Shown one piece after another: positions 37,775 through 48,277 of a DNA stretch of 64,000 bases. Each line of letters begins with the position of its first letter. Position 1 is the first letter of the stretch. Under the pieces are notes generated by a model that saw only the letters and a list, made by a program, of their open reading frames with translations, had not been told where the DNA came from and searched no databases. Origin of the DNA: an uncultured bacterium (GTDB taxonomy: Bacteria > Electryoneota > Electryoneia > Electryoneales > Electryoneaceae); NCBI GenBank assembly GCA_964552465.1, contig CAZKGR010000018.1:6097-70096 (forward strand), written 5' to 3'. A program made the position numbers and the translations under genes.

Positions 37775-39526
37775 ATGAAGATTAAACTGATGACGCTGTT
37801 TCTCGCCCTGGTAGCGTTGGGAATGCTCTGGGGTTGTGGTGAACGGCTTGGCGACGACGTTGTAATGGTTGTCGATGGTGATGAAATGAGTACCGAAGAG
37901 TTCCGCAACATGGCGCTGCGCAGATTCGGTGGCGAAATGATGTTGGAAACTCAGACCCAGGAAACTATGGACGGATATGTCAATACCGTTCTCGAATCTG
38001 AGTTAATTGCGGTGGACGGGCGTGCGAAAGGCTATGCCAATCGTCCAGAAGTCCTGACCGCATATGAAGAAGCTCGCAACATGGCAGCTATCGGTGAACT
38101 GTACACTCGAGTGATCGTTGACTCGCTGCTGCCGGAAGATTCGCTGAAGGTCTTTTACGAACGCGATGGTTTCGAAATCAACGCATCCCATATCCTAGTT
38201 CGTATTGACGCCGACACAGACTCCGTAGGTGCCTACGAAGAAATCGTTAGCATTCGCAAAACGATTGTTGACGAGAATGAAGTTGTTGATAGCACGGCGT
38301 TTTCCAACGCGGCCGTCAAGTACAGCGAAGACACATCTTCACAAGATGGTAACCTCGGATTTTTCCGGCGTGGTGAGATGGTACCGACATTTGAGAATGT
38401 CGCCTTTGTTACCTCTCCAAATACCATGTCCGAACCAGTATATACCCCGTTTGGCTGGCACCTGATCTTCACCCATGAGATCAATGCCATCGAAGATCGC
38501 CCGACTTTTGAAGAGGATCGGGATCGCATCCAGCAGCTTGCCATGCGTGAACATGGCCAACGACTGGTGACTGCCGCGCGTGAATATGTGTTCGCTCTGG
38601 AAGACTCGCGCGAAGTTGACTTCCAGATGGACAACATCACAACCATCTTTAATACTATTAATCCAAAGCTACCTAATACTGACCCGTTCAGCCTGCTTAC
38701 CGAAGATCAGCTTGAACTGGTGATGGTGACCTACGATACGGGTGAGTACACAGCGGGCGACCTGCGCGAATACGTCCGCCGACATATGAGCAATCGCAAG
38801 TTTGACGATACGGCTATGGTCCGGGCAATAGTTGAGAACTGGATCACAGAAAAAGTACTGCTGCCGGGCGATGCTGAAGCGCGTGGTTTCCTTAGCCTGC
38901 CGATAGTAATGGATCAAGCAAAAGAAGCCTCCGACAATAGAATCCGCCAGATTGTTAATCAGGAATTGAACCAGCTACCCGAGGCGACTGACGAAGAACT
39001 GGTTTCGTACTACGGAGACCACGCTGAAGAGTACATGCTGGATGCGCAGTACACATTGATTGAAGTGCTGGTGTCTGATCGCGAATTAGCCGACAGCATC
39101 AAGGAAATGGCAGAGAGCGGCGAAGAGTCGTTGAAGGATCTGGCTGTTGAGCACACCGAACGTCCTGGAGTACAGGAAAAGGAAGGTATCTTCGGACCCA
39201 TTCGTAAAGCACAATACGGCGCGATTGGTCGGAATGCTGCAACCGCAGAAATAGGCACCGTTGTCGGGCCGCTGCGGGTGCAGGATAAATGGTCGGTGTT
39301 TAAGGTAATCTCGAAGGAAGAGCCGCGTCCAGATGAGTTCGACAACGTTCGCGACAAAGTGAATGTGGACTGGCGTTCATGGGCACGTGATCAGCGTAAG
39401 GAAGCCTACATGGACAGCCTGTTGAACACGATCGATCATACAGTCAACAAGCGTGCGCTGGAAATCACATTCCCGCACACGGTTTGGGCTGGTGAAGGGG
39501 ATGCAGGCGATCAGTCAGATTCGTAA
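37775..39526 (+). CDS. Lipoprotein peptidyl-prolyl isomerase (PrsA/SurA-like, two parvulin domains)
   Basis: Lipobox LWGC; ASHILV, F...A.KYSED..S..GNLG.F.RG.MV..FE..AF, TPFGWHLI. Confidence 0.9.
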   Translation: MKIKLMTLFLALVALGMLWGCGERLGDDVVMVVDGDEMSTEEFRNMALRRFGGEMMLETQTQETMDGYVNTVLESELIAVDGRAKGYANRPEVLTAYEEARNMAAIGELYTRVIVDSLLPEDSLKVFYERDGFEINASHILVRIDADTDSVGAYEEIVSIRKTIVDENEVVDSTAFSNAAVKYSEDTSSQDGNLGFFRRGEMVPTFENVAFVTSPNTMSEPVYTPFGWHLIFTHEINAIEDRPTFEEDRDRIQQLAMREHGQRLVTAAREYVFALEDSREVDFQMDNITTIFNTINPKLPNTDPFSLLTEDQLELVMVTYDTGEYTAGDLREYVRRHMSNRKFDDTAMVRAIVENWITEKVLLPGDAEARGFLSLPIVMDQAKEASDNRIRQIVNQELNQLPEATDEELVSYYGDHAEEYMLDAQYTLIEVLVSDRELADSIKEMAESGEESLKDLAVEHTERPGVQEKEGIFGPIRKAQYGAIGRNAATAEIGTVVGPLRVQDKWSVFKVISKEEPRPDEFDNVRDKVNVDWRSWARDQRKEAYMDSLLNTIDHTVNKRALEITFPHTVWAGEGDAGDQSDS

Positions 39527-40445
39527 CATATCGCTCGTGATAAAGACGGCCGGCTTTCTGCTGGCCGTCTCTCTCATATTGATCCTGGTCGGGTGCGGAC
39601 TAATCAAAAAGGAAGCGCCTGAAGATGCGATTGCAGTTGTGGGCGACACGTGGATCACACAGGAAGATGTTGCAGAGGAACTCGAGTTCCGAGGCCTGAA
39701 TCCTGATGATGAACGCGAGTTCGCACGCTATGTCAACAAGTGGATCGACACTCAACTTCTGCTACATGAAGCATACGAACTTCGACTGCACAAAAACTCA
39801 GAGCTGGTACAACGGATAAGCGACCTTGAAACTGAACTGCTGATCAACAGCTTGCTAGATAGCAATACCGTCGTCGAACCGCCGAACTCGCAAGCCGTCA
39901 TTGATTACTGGAAAGATCACACCGGCGAGTACACCCGCGTCGCAAATGAAGTATCTCTCATCGTGGCATATGTGGAAACGCGAAATCAGGCTTGGCGGCT
40001 GCGGGAAGCGTTTGATCAGTCATCACCGGTCTCGCAAATGCGTGACGAAATTGGTCTGACACGGATTGACACATTGCGACACCTTAGTGTTGATCGTCTA
40101 CCAAATGAGATTTCGACCGGCATCGAGCCTCTACGTTCGGGACACTCCAGCCTGCCGATCGAGTATAACGGTGAGTGGCTGATTGTGAAGCTGGTGGAAC
40201 GCTTTCGAGCTGGTCGACCACGAAGCATAGAAGAAGTTGAATCGCTGGTTGAGGCCAGGATGATTGCGGAACAACGTAGTCGGCTGAAACTGGATTATAT
40301 TGAAGCTCTGCGACGGGAAGCGCGTCAGAGTGGATTTGTTCGCATCCGATTTGCTGACATAGTTTCTGGGAACGAAATAGTACCCGGCGAGATCAGCAAC
40401 GATAGTCTTGAGTCTGGATCAGCTGTCCAGACCACGGAGGAGTAG
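39501..40445 (+). CDS. Lipoprotein PPIase/SurA-N-like foldase
   Basis: Lipobox LVGC; AVVGD..IT, YVNKWID.QLL..EA helical domain; degenerate parvulin (S.PIEY.G.W.IVK). Start uncertain. Confidence 0.8.
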   Translation: MQAISQIRNISLVIKTAGFLLAVSLILILVGCGLIKKEAPEDAIAVVGDTWITQEDVAEELEFRGLNPDDEREFARYVNKWIDTQLLLHEAYELRLHKNSELVQRISDLETELLINSLLDSNTVVEPPNSQAVIDYWKDHTGEYTRVANEVSLIVAYVETRNQAWRLREAFDQSSPVSQMRDEIGLTRIDTLRHLSVDRLPNEISTGIEPLRSGHSSLPIEYNGEWLIVKLVERFRAGRPRSIEEVESLVEARMIAEQRSRLKLDYIEALRREARQSGFVRIRFADIVSGNEIVPGEISNDSLESGSAVQTTEE

Positions 40446-40450
40446 TACAC

Positions 40451-41740
40451 GTGAAATATTTTCATATATCAGCACTTATCATCTTGTTGGCGATGACCGT
40501 TCCATTCGTTCATGCGCAGGACATGCAGGTGGTGGATCGGATTATCGCGGCTGTCGATGACGAGATTATCCTCGAGTCAGAAGTCTTGCAGTATGTGCAG
40601 GATATTGTGCTCCGCAACCGTGATGCCTATCGATCTGAAGAGAGCATCCTGGCACTACAGGCGCAAGTGCTCGACGAATTAATCAACCAGAAGATCCTAC
40701 TATCGATCGCAGAAAATGACACGAATATCGTCGTTGAAGACCGTCAGGTTGACCTGACCCTCGATGACCGAATCAATCAGGTTGTGCGTGAGGTCGGTGG
40801 GGAAGAGGCACTGGAAGAGTATTATGGCAAGCCAATTCGTCAGATCCGTCGTGATTTTCGTGATCAAGTGAGAAACAGCTTGCTCATTGAACGTGTTCGC
40901 AACTACCAGATTAGGTCAACGTCGATCACACGTGCGGAAGTTGAGGGATTTTATGATGAGGTGAAGCAAGAGTTGCCGGCAATCCCGGAACGTGTTCGAC
41001 TGGCACACATCCTGATCGAAATTGAACCAGCAGAGGATGCCCGCAATCAGGCAAAGACACGGGCCGACAGCCTGTTCAATCTCATTGCACAAGGTGCGGA
41101 TTTCGATTCGGTGGCGATGGAATTCTCTGACGACCGCGTAAGTGCGGCCAAGGGTGGATTACTGGGAACGACTCAACGCGGAGATCTCGTCCCCGATTTT
41201 GAAGCTGTCGCATATAATCTGGAAGAAGGCGAGATAAGTGAACCGATTCGCTCCAGATTTGGATTCCACATCATCCGATTGAATTGGCGACGTGGAGAAA
41301 AGATCAACACTCACCACATACTGGTTATGTTGCAAGCTACAGAAAGCGACAAGCAACGAGCAGTTGAAGAAGCACGTCTGCTGCGAGATCGTGCGTTGGC
41401 GGACGAAGAGTTTGCCGAAATCGCGAAAGAGCATTCCGCTGATGATGAAACTGCCAGACTCGGTGGTGATCTAGGGTGGTTTGATTTGGAATCCATCCCG
41501 GAACAGTTCCAACAGGTTGCTCGTGGCTTGGAGACTGGAGATGTAAGCGAACCATTCGAATCGCGCATCGGAATTCACCTGTTGACCGTCAGTCAACGGG
41601 ATGCAACCCGCGAATTTAACTTGATCAACGATTGGGACAGGATCAGCCGGATGGCGTTGCAGGAGAAGCAGGATCGCGAGTATTTCATGTGGTTGGAAGA
41701 ACAGCGCGAAACTGTTTACATCGAATTGATGATGGAATAA
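40451..41740 (+). CDS. surA: SurA-like periplasmic chaperone/PPIase
   Basis: VDRIIA.VDDEIIL.SEV; two parvulin domains (LAHIL, GG.LG...RG..VP.FE, SRFGFHII; HSAD..A..GGDLGW). Confidence 0.9.
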   Translation: MKYFHISALIILLAMTVPFVHAQDMQVVDRIIAAVDDEIILESEVLQYVQDIVLRNRDAYRSEESILALQAQVLDELINQKILLSIAENDTNIVVEDRQVDLTLDDRINQVVREVGGEEALEEYYGKPIRQIRRDFRDQVRNSLLIERVRNYQIRSTSITRAEVEGFYDEVKQELPAIPERVRLAHILIEIEPAEDARNQAKTRADSLFNLIAQGADFDSVAMEFSDDRVSAAKGGLLGTTQRGDLVPDFEAVAYNLEEGEISEPIRSRFGFHIIRLNWRRGEKINTHHILVMLQATESDKQRAVEEARLLRDRALADEEFAEIAKEHSADDETARLGGDLGWFDLESIPEQFQQVARGLETGDVSEPFESRIGIHLLTVSQRDATREFNLINDWDRISRMALQEKQDREYFMWLEEQRETVYIELMME

Positions 41741-41778
41741 CCAGCTACAATCTGTAGCTGGAAAAGATACTTTGAATC

Positions 41779-41799
41779 CCCGCATTTGCGGGTTTTTTT
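41779..41799 (+). terminator. Intrinsic terminator of the PPIase operon
   Basis: cccgca-tt-tgcggg followed by T7; a second hairpin ccagctaca-atc-tgtagctgg lies at 41741-41761. Confidence 0.8.
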
Positions 41800-41831
41800 A
41801 TTTGTCACCTTCCACCGGAAATGATAGTGAA

Positions 41832-43643
41832 TTATTGCGTAGAAGATGTAGAATCGAGCAATTCAAGCAATGAGCTTTCACCTGCAAGCAGCTCGTCTGG
41901 TGTGCCAATCTGCGCAACGCGCCCTTGGTCCAAAACAAGCACACGATCGGCCGCTCGAATTGTCGAGAGGCGGTGACTGATTAAAACTGCTGTACGACCG
42001 TTGAGCACGTTTTGTAAACGTGAAACGAGCGCGTGTTCGCTCTTGACATCAAGCGAGCTCGAAGGTTCATCAAGAATGACTACCTGTGAGGGTCTGACCA
42101 GAGCACGTGCGAGTGATAAGCGTTGCCACTGACCCTCGCTGAGATCGACGCTATGATCGAACCAGGTACCGAGCAAAGTGTCATAGCCGTGCGGCAAGCG
42201 GGGGATGAACTCGTCAACGCCTGCATCTTGGGCCGCTCGTAAGATTGCTTCCTCTGATGGCTGATGAGCGGTGTCACCGAGGGCGATATTTTCGCGCACT
42301 GAAGCGTGAAACCTGGCGAAGTCCTGGAAGATCACACTGTACAAACGGCGCAACTGATCCGGGTCGAAGTCACGAAGATCATGTCCATCCAGCGAGATAT
42401 TGCCAGATGTCGGGTCATGGAGCCGTGTCAGCAACTTAACGAGAGTTGTTTTACCTGATCCATTTGCACCAACGATGGCGAGAACTTCCGATGGCTTCAG
42501 ATCGAAAGACACATCCTGCAGCGCCCAGTCCTGGCGGTTCGGATAGCGGAAGGACACATTTTCAACCTTTATCCCAGTGATTAGGTCAGTGGGAACGGCT
42601 GCGGGAAGTGGTGGTGCTGTGATCTGAGGTTCACAGTCAAAGAACTCGAACAGGTTGCCGAGGAACAAGTTGTTCTGATACATGGCCGCGACACCGGTAA
42701 GAATTCGCTGGATCATCGAACCGCCTCGCGCCAGACCCTGAATTACAAGCACCAGCGAACCGATAGTGATCGAACCAACTACCGCATGCCACGATATGAA
42801 TGCATACAATCCGAGAATCACACTAGCGGAAATCGTCTTTGCAATCAATTCAAACCATGACTGCCGTGAGACAATATTCAGCTTTTCCTGCCGCAGTTTG
42901 TCCCGTTGCTGTTTGAACCGATCGCTGAACAACCCACCAAGACCGTAGAGGATCAGCTCTTTTGCGTAGTAAGTGCTGGTCAACACCCAGCTTGAATAAC
43001 GGGCTTGCCGCTCATCCTGGGTACGGCTGCGTTCCCATGCATACCAGCGACGTGAGTAATGCAAACGAATGAAGACGTCTGGCAGAACGGCAATAACGAG
43101 CGCCGGTCCGAGCACCCAATTAACCGAGATCAGCAAACCCGCCACGCCAGTGATCGCGATCAGGTTCTGAAACAGGCTGCCTGCCTCCTGGATCAAACGT
43201 CCGGGACGGGACAAAGCTTCCCGTTGAGCGCGGTGCAAGCTGTCGCGGAACTCGCTGTTCTCGTAGTAAGCAAGCCCGACTGTTATCGATTTACGATGGA
43301 TGCTGTCAAACAGATGGTCAGTAAACTTCTGGACGAGGTGTTGGCGCAACCAACCATCAACTGTTCCCGAACTGATCAGCAGCCAATAGGTTACACCCGC
43401 AGCTATCACGTACCGCATCACCTGGCTCAATCCTTGAGTCGGGTCGGGTAGCTCGATGGCCAGCACAATACTATCGACAATCCACTTGAACAACAGTAAC
43501 TGTACCAGCGGCAAAATGCCACGGAAGATGGAGAAAATCGTGTAGGCTGTGGCCTGCTGCGGGGCGTGCAGCCACAGCATGCGAAGCAGCCGTCCGAGTG
43601 GACGTGCATTTGATGATTTGATTTGCTCAGTATCGAGTGTCAT
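41832..43643 (-). CDS. ABC exporter (TMD+NBD), peptide/RiPP-export type
   Basis: Six-TM domain; GANGSGKT, IFQDF, LSEGQWQRL.LAR, ILDEPSSSLD, ISHRLST. Confidence 0.92.
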   Translation of the reverse strand: MTLDTEQIKSSNARPLGRLLRMLWLHAPQQATAYTIFSIFRGILPLVQLLLFKWIVDSIVLAIELPDPTQGLSQVMRYVIAAGVTYWLLISSGTVDGWLRQHLVQKFTDHLFDSIHRKSITVGLAYYENSEFRDSLHRAQREALSRPGRLIQEAGSLFQNLIAITGVAGLLISVNWVLGPALVIAVLPDVFIRLHYSRRWYAWERSRTQDERQARYSSWVLTSTYYAKELILYGLGGLFSDRFKQQRDKLRQEKLNIVSRQSWFELIAKTISASVILGLYAFISWHAVVGSITIGSLVLVIQGLARGGSMIQRILTGVAAMYQNNLFLGNLFEFFDCEPQITAPPLPAAVPTDLITGIKVENVSFRYPNRQDWALQDVSFDLKPSEVLAIVGANGSGKTTLVKLLTRLHDPTSGNISLDGHDLRDFDPDQLRRLYSVIFQDFARFHASVRENIALGDTAHQPSEEAILRAAQDAGVDEFIPRLPHGYDTLLGTWFDHSVDLSEGQWQRLSLARALVRPSQVVILDEPSSSLDVKSEHALVSRLQNVLNGRTAVLISHRLSTIRAADRVLVLDQGRVAQIGTPDELLAGESSLLELLDSTSSTQ

Positions 43644-43750
43644 GCGACTCCAGCGGACTTCAGTATTCCTTGATCACAACGCGAACAAGGTACAACAACT
43701 GATATTCAATCGCGACAGGTGAGAACAACAAACAGGTTTACTTGATTCTG

Positions 43751-44644
43751 CTAACGTGAGGGTACATCAAGGTATGGCTGCAGTATTTCCCAGAATGGAT
43801 CCTCGAGGGTCAAGTCAAGTAGAATCCCCCTCAACGAACGTGAGTACCGTTCAGATTGCTCAAATACTCGTTTCCGAACTTGAGTGAGATCTGGAGGAGG
43901 CAATGATGTCCAGGCTCGACGGAATATTTGTTCGCACGCTTGCTTCAGATAGTTCGACGTGGCGGCGTGCTGCAATTGTTCGAGCGAAACCTTCTGCGCC
44001 TGACGAAGGAAGACAACAGTATGAATTGGAATTGCGGTTGTTGACGGCCAAACCTGGTCGATATTGCGTAATACCAGATCACTCCATGTCGGCATCGGAT
44101 GAGCGAACAACCCCGCATCAGTCTGCACCAACCAGCACTCATCATCGTTGACCGTTTCCCATTCGGACGGGAGACGTCGCATCGTAGTAGATTTGCCAGT
44201 CCCTCCCGGCGCGGCAAAGAGAACACCTTTTTCACCATACACACCCAGCCCGGCATGGATAGGCAGATTCCCAGCCCGCAAAAGAGCAGGGTAGAGGGGA
44301 TACTGACCGTACCACATACTCATCAACCAATCCTTACGATTGGAACGATCTGGAACCTCATAAACATGTGTTTCTGTCCCTGGGAGTGTGTACACGCGTA
44401 ATGGCCCCAAGTCGAACTCGTTGCACTGAGTTTGATTTGTTCCCAAAAAGGTCAGGCAGGCATCAAGTTCGGTATGCGTGACAACGTATATAGTCCATTT
44501 ATCGGCCTGGTTATTTCCTTCCTCTGACGGCAGAGAGAGAACCGAAGCAAACTTCCGTAGCCAATCAATCCCAGCTGAAACGGCTCGAAAAGTCCAGCGG
44601 GTTTCATCAGCAAGAACAAGTGAAACCGACAAATCAGTCGTCAT
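43751..44644 (-). CDS. SynChlorMet cassette ScmC-like protein (HPr kinase-like P-loop)
   Basis: L.LADETRW N-terminus; PIHAG, GVLFAAPGGTGKST..RRLP..W....DDEC.LV, AHPMPTWSD; adjacent to a PqqD gene. Confidence 0.75.
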   Translation of the reverse strand: MTTDLSVSLVLADETRWTFRAVSAGIDWLRKFASVLSLPSEEGNNQADKWTIYVVTHTELDACLTFLGTNQTQCNEFDLGPLRVYTLPGTETHVYEVPDRSNRKDWLMSMWYGQYPLYPALLRAGNLPIHAGLGVYGEKGVLFAAPGGTGKSTTMRRLPSEWETVNDDECWLVQTDAGLFAHPMPTWSDLVLRNIDQVWPSTTAIPIHTVVFLRQAQKVSLEQLQHAATSNYLKQACEQIFRRAWTSLPPPDLTQVRKRVFEQSERYSRSLRGILLDLTLEDPFWEILQPYLDVPSR

Positions 44645-44915
44645 GGTAAATAAGTTTGTTCTGAATCAGGCTGTCGATGAACTCCTCAACATCCTGCTTG
44701 AGTGTGGTTGGAGGGGGAACAAAAAAAACCTGCAATTGCGCGATGATTTCTTCAGGGGTTATCCCCTCATGAATCATGGCCCAAATGCGGGTTCCAAGAC
44801 TGTTTATGCTGTAGGCCCGGTCTGTTCCGGGGTGGTACAACACTCCACCGCTAGTTGAATCATCGCGAAAAACAACGGAGGATTCTGTCACGAGGACAGA
44901 AGAGTTACCTGGCAT
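44634..44915 (-). CDS. PqqD family RiPP recognition element (ScmD-like)
   Basis: VVFR......GVLYHP.T...YSIN.LG..IW.MI......EEI..L........L..DV.EFI..L....LI. Confidence 0.88.
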   Translation of the reverse strand: MPGNSSVLVTESSVVFRDDSTSGGVLYHPGTDRAYSINSLGTRIWAMIHEGITPEEIIAQLQVFFVPPPTTLKQDVEEFIDSLIQNKLIYHDD

Positions 44916-44930
44916 GGGAACGTCGCCCGA

Positions 44931-45101
44931 TTACAACCACTCAAACGAATCCGACTCCTGCTGTTGATCCTGCCTCTTCTCTTCACCATCCCCCGGATCG
45001 TTCTGCGCCGGTGGGTCCGGTTCAGAAAACCCATGGGCAACGTCGAGGAGCAAGGAAAGCTCAGTAAGCAGGGGTTTATCATATCCCACGCTTTTCTTCA
45101 C
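44931..45101 (-). CDS. Putative RiPP precursor peptide, 56 aa
   Basis: AGGAGG RBS 5 nt before GTG 45101; MKKSVGYDKPLLTELSLLLDVAHG-FSEPDPPAQNDPGDGEEKRQDQQQESDSFEWL; YxxPxL RRE-binding motif; 15 nt upstream of the PqqD gene. Confidence 0.75.
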   Translation of the reverse strand: MKKSVGYDKPLLTELSLLLDVAHGFSEPDPPAQNDPGDGEEKRQDQQQESDSFEWL

Positions 45102-45702
45102 GAGTGCCTCCTGATACAATATCAATTCGAATTCGATGGTGTGAAAGTCGTGCACTAAGAATTGTAACACGCATCAGCACCGAATATGCTGCTAAAATAT
45201 CCTCAATGCACCCCCTAAACACACCAAGAGCTCTCATCTCGGGTGATTTCGCGACTGACAATCGGACCATTGAAAATTGTCGGTGCATCAGATTTTTAAA
45301 AATCCGACATCTGCTCTTCAATAGCAATGACGCAGATCACAGGAAACGTCGATCAAGAGATGTAAAGAGAGGCATGGCCTCAAACGATGGCTCGAGGGTA
45401 CTCTGGAACAATTTCAGAACTATCTTGTTGTGCTTAAGCTCTGGACCGAGTACATTCCGTTGGATGTCGGCGCGAATTTCTAATACTTACTCCGAGTCCG
45501 AAGAATTTGATGCCGATAATGTGTTCTCCAACACAGCAAATTGCAATTCAGGCATGTAGATTTTTGGAATCTTGCTTGAGTAAATTGATGCGATGCACCT
45601 TGTCCGATGTCCAGTGACCGATAACTACATGATGACGGAGTACACTATTTCGTGTTCTACGCGTCGTTTACCTGCTGTTCTAACAATCAGGGAGACTTTA
45701 TC

Positions 45703-48102
45703 ATGAGGTCTTCGATTCTCTTTGTTAGCATTTTGGTCGTCTTCGTTTTGCTGACAGCTATTCCTGTACAGGCACAGATCAACAACGCCGACTTTGAAAA
45801 CTGGACGGGTGATAATCCAGATAGTTGGACGATCGTTGAAACTGGCAACAATGAGGTCCGCGAGGACGCGTTCGCGTACAGCGGATCAGCTTCTGCTGAG
45901 TTGGTGTGCCCGTCATATTCACGTCCGCGATTGGTCCAGTATATCAATGTTGAGGCGAACGAGGCGGTAACGGCCAATTTGTTCGTGTATGACAACGAAG
46001 CATCATACACACGCTTGTATCTAAAAGTGTATGACAATGACGGATTGCTGCTTCTTCAAGATTATGACCAGTCTGCAAACTCTGGAAGCTGGCAGGCGTT
46101 AAACGTTGATCTTGTAACTCCCGCAAGTTCCGCGGAAATCAAATTTGAAGTCATCTATTTCTATGACACAGGCACCCCAGGAACGCAGACGAACTACATC
46201 GACTTTGCAGAAATCACGATTAGCGTTCCGACATTTGCCAACATCGAAAACCCTGGTTTGGAAGATTGGACTGGTGGCGTACCTGACAGCTGGACGGTGA
46301 TCGAACCCCTTAACAGCGATGTTCAGCAGGAAACTGGCACTGTCTACGAGGGTTCGTATTCTGCTTCCGTTACCTCGACAGCCTATGTACGTCCACGAAT
46401 GGTACAATTCCTGGGTGTGTATCCAGGTGACACGGTTACCGGACGTGTACAGATTCTTGATAACGATCCTTCTTTGCCGCGCCTGTATCTGAAAGCTTAC
46501 GACTACGATGGTACACTGATTCAGCAGAGTTTTGCATCTGCGACCAACAATGCTGCATGGCAGAATGTTGAGACAACGTTGGTAACACCATCAACAACGG
46601 CTTATGTCAAATTTGAAATCATCCAATTCTACAACACTACGTCAGGTGGTACACAAACCATCTATGTGGATGCTGCCGAGTACGAAGTAGACACATACAC
46701 ATTCGATGTCAGTACTGCCAACCAGTGGTACTTCATAGGTCCTCCAGTGGACATAACTGACCAGGGGGATAGAAACGCAGACCAGCTGTTCAGCGATGAC
46801 CTCGGCGGAGCGAGTACATCCTCCACATGGGTCATGAGCCGTTGGAACAACACGACTCAAGCGTATGAGCGCTTTGGTAATGGTGATGGCGATCCGCTCA
46901 CGGAACCGCCAGATATTGAACCGGGTATTGGATACTGGTTTGTTCAGGATGTGGAACCTGGAGTTTCCGATCCCTGGCTGGACATCACCAGTGCCCAGAC
47001 ATCAACTGGTGCTCCTTCTTCAGACGTTACCCAAGACATCATTGGGCAGACTGGAGGCGAGAACGGTGTCACCATGTTGGCAAACCCGTTCTACGGTGAT
47101 TTCACTGTCTCAGCGTCGGTTCTGACCGCAAGTGGTTCTCCCTCTGACTGGGGGCAGGACGGAATAAACTCAAACATTTACACGTGGGATGGGTCACAGT
47201 ATCTCATCCAGCTTGCTGAATCTGCCACACTTGGCATGTGGGACGGATTCTGGGTTGTCAAAACGACCACGGGTGATGGTGACATTACATTTACCTACGA
47301 TAGCGGTGACCACGGTCCAGTCATTGATGACTACTTCGTTGAAACCGGTTGGGGATTGCAGCTCTGCGTTGAGTCTCTGGATGGTACATATCTTGATACC
47401 TACAACGAGCTCGGAGTCCGTGATCGTTCGTTAGATGGCTACGATAGCTACGATGCCTTCGAAATGACGCCACCGAGTTCCAGATATGTCAGCCTTGCGT
47501 TTACCCATGAAAACTGGGATGAAGGACGCCGGTTTGCACATGACTATCGTGACAAAGAATTTGATCGGGATAGCTGGAACTTTGAGATAAAAGCCCGTCG
47601 TCTGCCGAACAGCTCATTCAGACTCTATTGGCCTGCGTTGCAAGGAGTCCCAGGAAATATCGAGTTCGAACTGTACCGTTACAATCAACAGAGTATTGTT
47701 CGAGTTGGACTATTGAGTGAGCTCGATGACTACGTCTTCACGGTCGGTGATGAGGATGTTGAGGTCGTTAGATTCCGCATCATTGCCTTAGATCAAGACC
47801 TGGTAGCCAGCGTTGACGAACCTGGTGCTGAACTACCGGTTGAGTTCGGCATACATTCAGCCTATCCGAATCCGTTCAACGCGCAGATATCCATCAAAAT
47901 GGGACTGCCGGATGCGGGTAACGCTACAATGACGGTGTTTGACATTCTGGGTCGCGAGGTCGCCAGCTTACATAACGGACACTTGAACGCTGGTTCCCAT
48001 ACGTTCACGTGGGAAGCGAAAGATCACGCGTCAGGCATCTACTTCCTCCGCTTGTCGTCTGGTGAACAGGTTTCGCATCGCAAAGTGACTCTACTTCAGT
48101 AG
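45703..48102 (+). CDS. T9SS cargo with two tandem CBM4/9-like jelly-roll domains and CTD
   Basis: Signal peptide (VQA|QI); two ~150-aa repeats (N..FE.W.G..PD.W ... YID.AE); AYPNPFNA...SGIYFLRL...RKVTLLQ. Confidence 0.8.
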   Translation: MRSSILFVSILVVFVLLTAIPVQAQINNADFENWTGDNPDSWTIVETGNNEVREDAFAYSGSASAELVCPSYSRPRLVQYINVEANEAVTANLFVYDNEASYTRLYLKVYDNDGLLLLQDYDQSANSGSWQALNVDLVTPASSAEIKFEVIYFYDTGTPGTQTNYIDFAEITISVPTFANIENPGLEDWTGGVPDSWTVIEPLNSDVQQETGTVYEGSYSASVTSTAYVRPRMVQFLGVYPGDTVTGRVQILDNDPSLPRLYLKAYDYDGTLIQQSFASATNNAAWQNVETTLVTPSTTAYVKFEIIQFYNTTSGGTQTIYVDAAEYEVDTYTFDVSTANQWYFIGPPVDITDQGDRNADQLFSDDLGGASTSSTWVMSRWNNTTQAYERFGNGDGDPLTEPPDIEPGIGYWFVQDVEPGVSDPWLDITSAQTSTGAPSSDVTQDIIGQTGGENGVTMLANPFYGDFTVSASVLTASGSPSDWGQDGINSNIYTWDGSQYLIQLAESATLGMWDGFWVVKTTTGDGDITFTYDSGDHGPVIDDYFVETGWGLQLCVESLDGTYLDTYNELGVRDRSLDGYDSYDAFEMTPPSSRYVSLAFTHENWDEGRRFAHDYRDKEFDRDSWNFEIKARRLPNSSFRLYWPALQGVPGNIEFELYRYNQQSIVRVGLLSELDDYVFTVGDEDVEVVRFRIIALDQDLVASVDEPGAELPVEFGIHSAYPNPFNAQISIKMGLPDAGNATMTVFDILGREVASLHNGHLNAGSHTFTWEAKDHASGIYFLRLSSGEQVSHRKVTLLQ

Positions 48103-48126
48103 TCACTGGCGAAAGCTTGAATTTCC

Positions 48127-48159
48127 AAACGCTCATCCCAACTGGGGATGGGCGTTTTT
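48127..48159 (+). terminator. Intrinsic terminator
   Basis: aaacgctcatccc-aactg-gggatgggcgttt plus further T's, after the 48102 stop. Confidence 0.85.
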
Positions 48160-48277
48160 CATCATTTTCGTGTATTGCGCAGCGTCACACATGTATCTAT
48201 TGTATTTTACGAACTTAAGGTAACTATACTCAGACTCATCAGAAGATTCCAATTACGTATGTGTGCATACATGAGGT

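Noticed and set aside
37775-41740. Three consecutive PPIases as a novel system
   Set aside because: Clustered SurA/PrsA-type foldases are an ordinary envelope-biogenesis arrangement in FCB bacteria.
45104-45559. 151-aa plus-strand ORF in the precursor/T9SS spacer
   Set aside because: No RBS or motif, atypical composition, and it covers the expected divergent promoter region.
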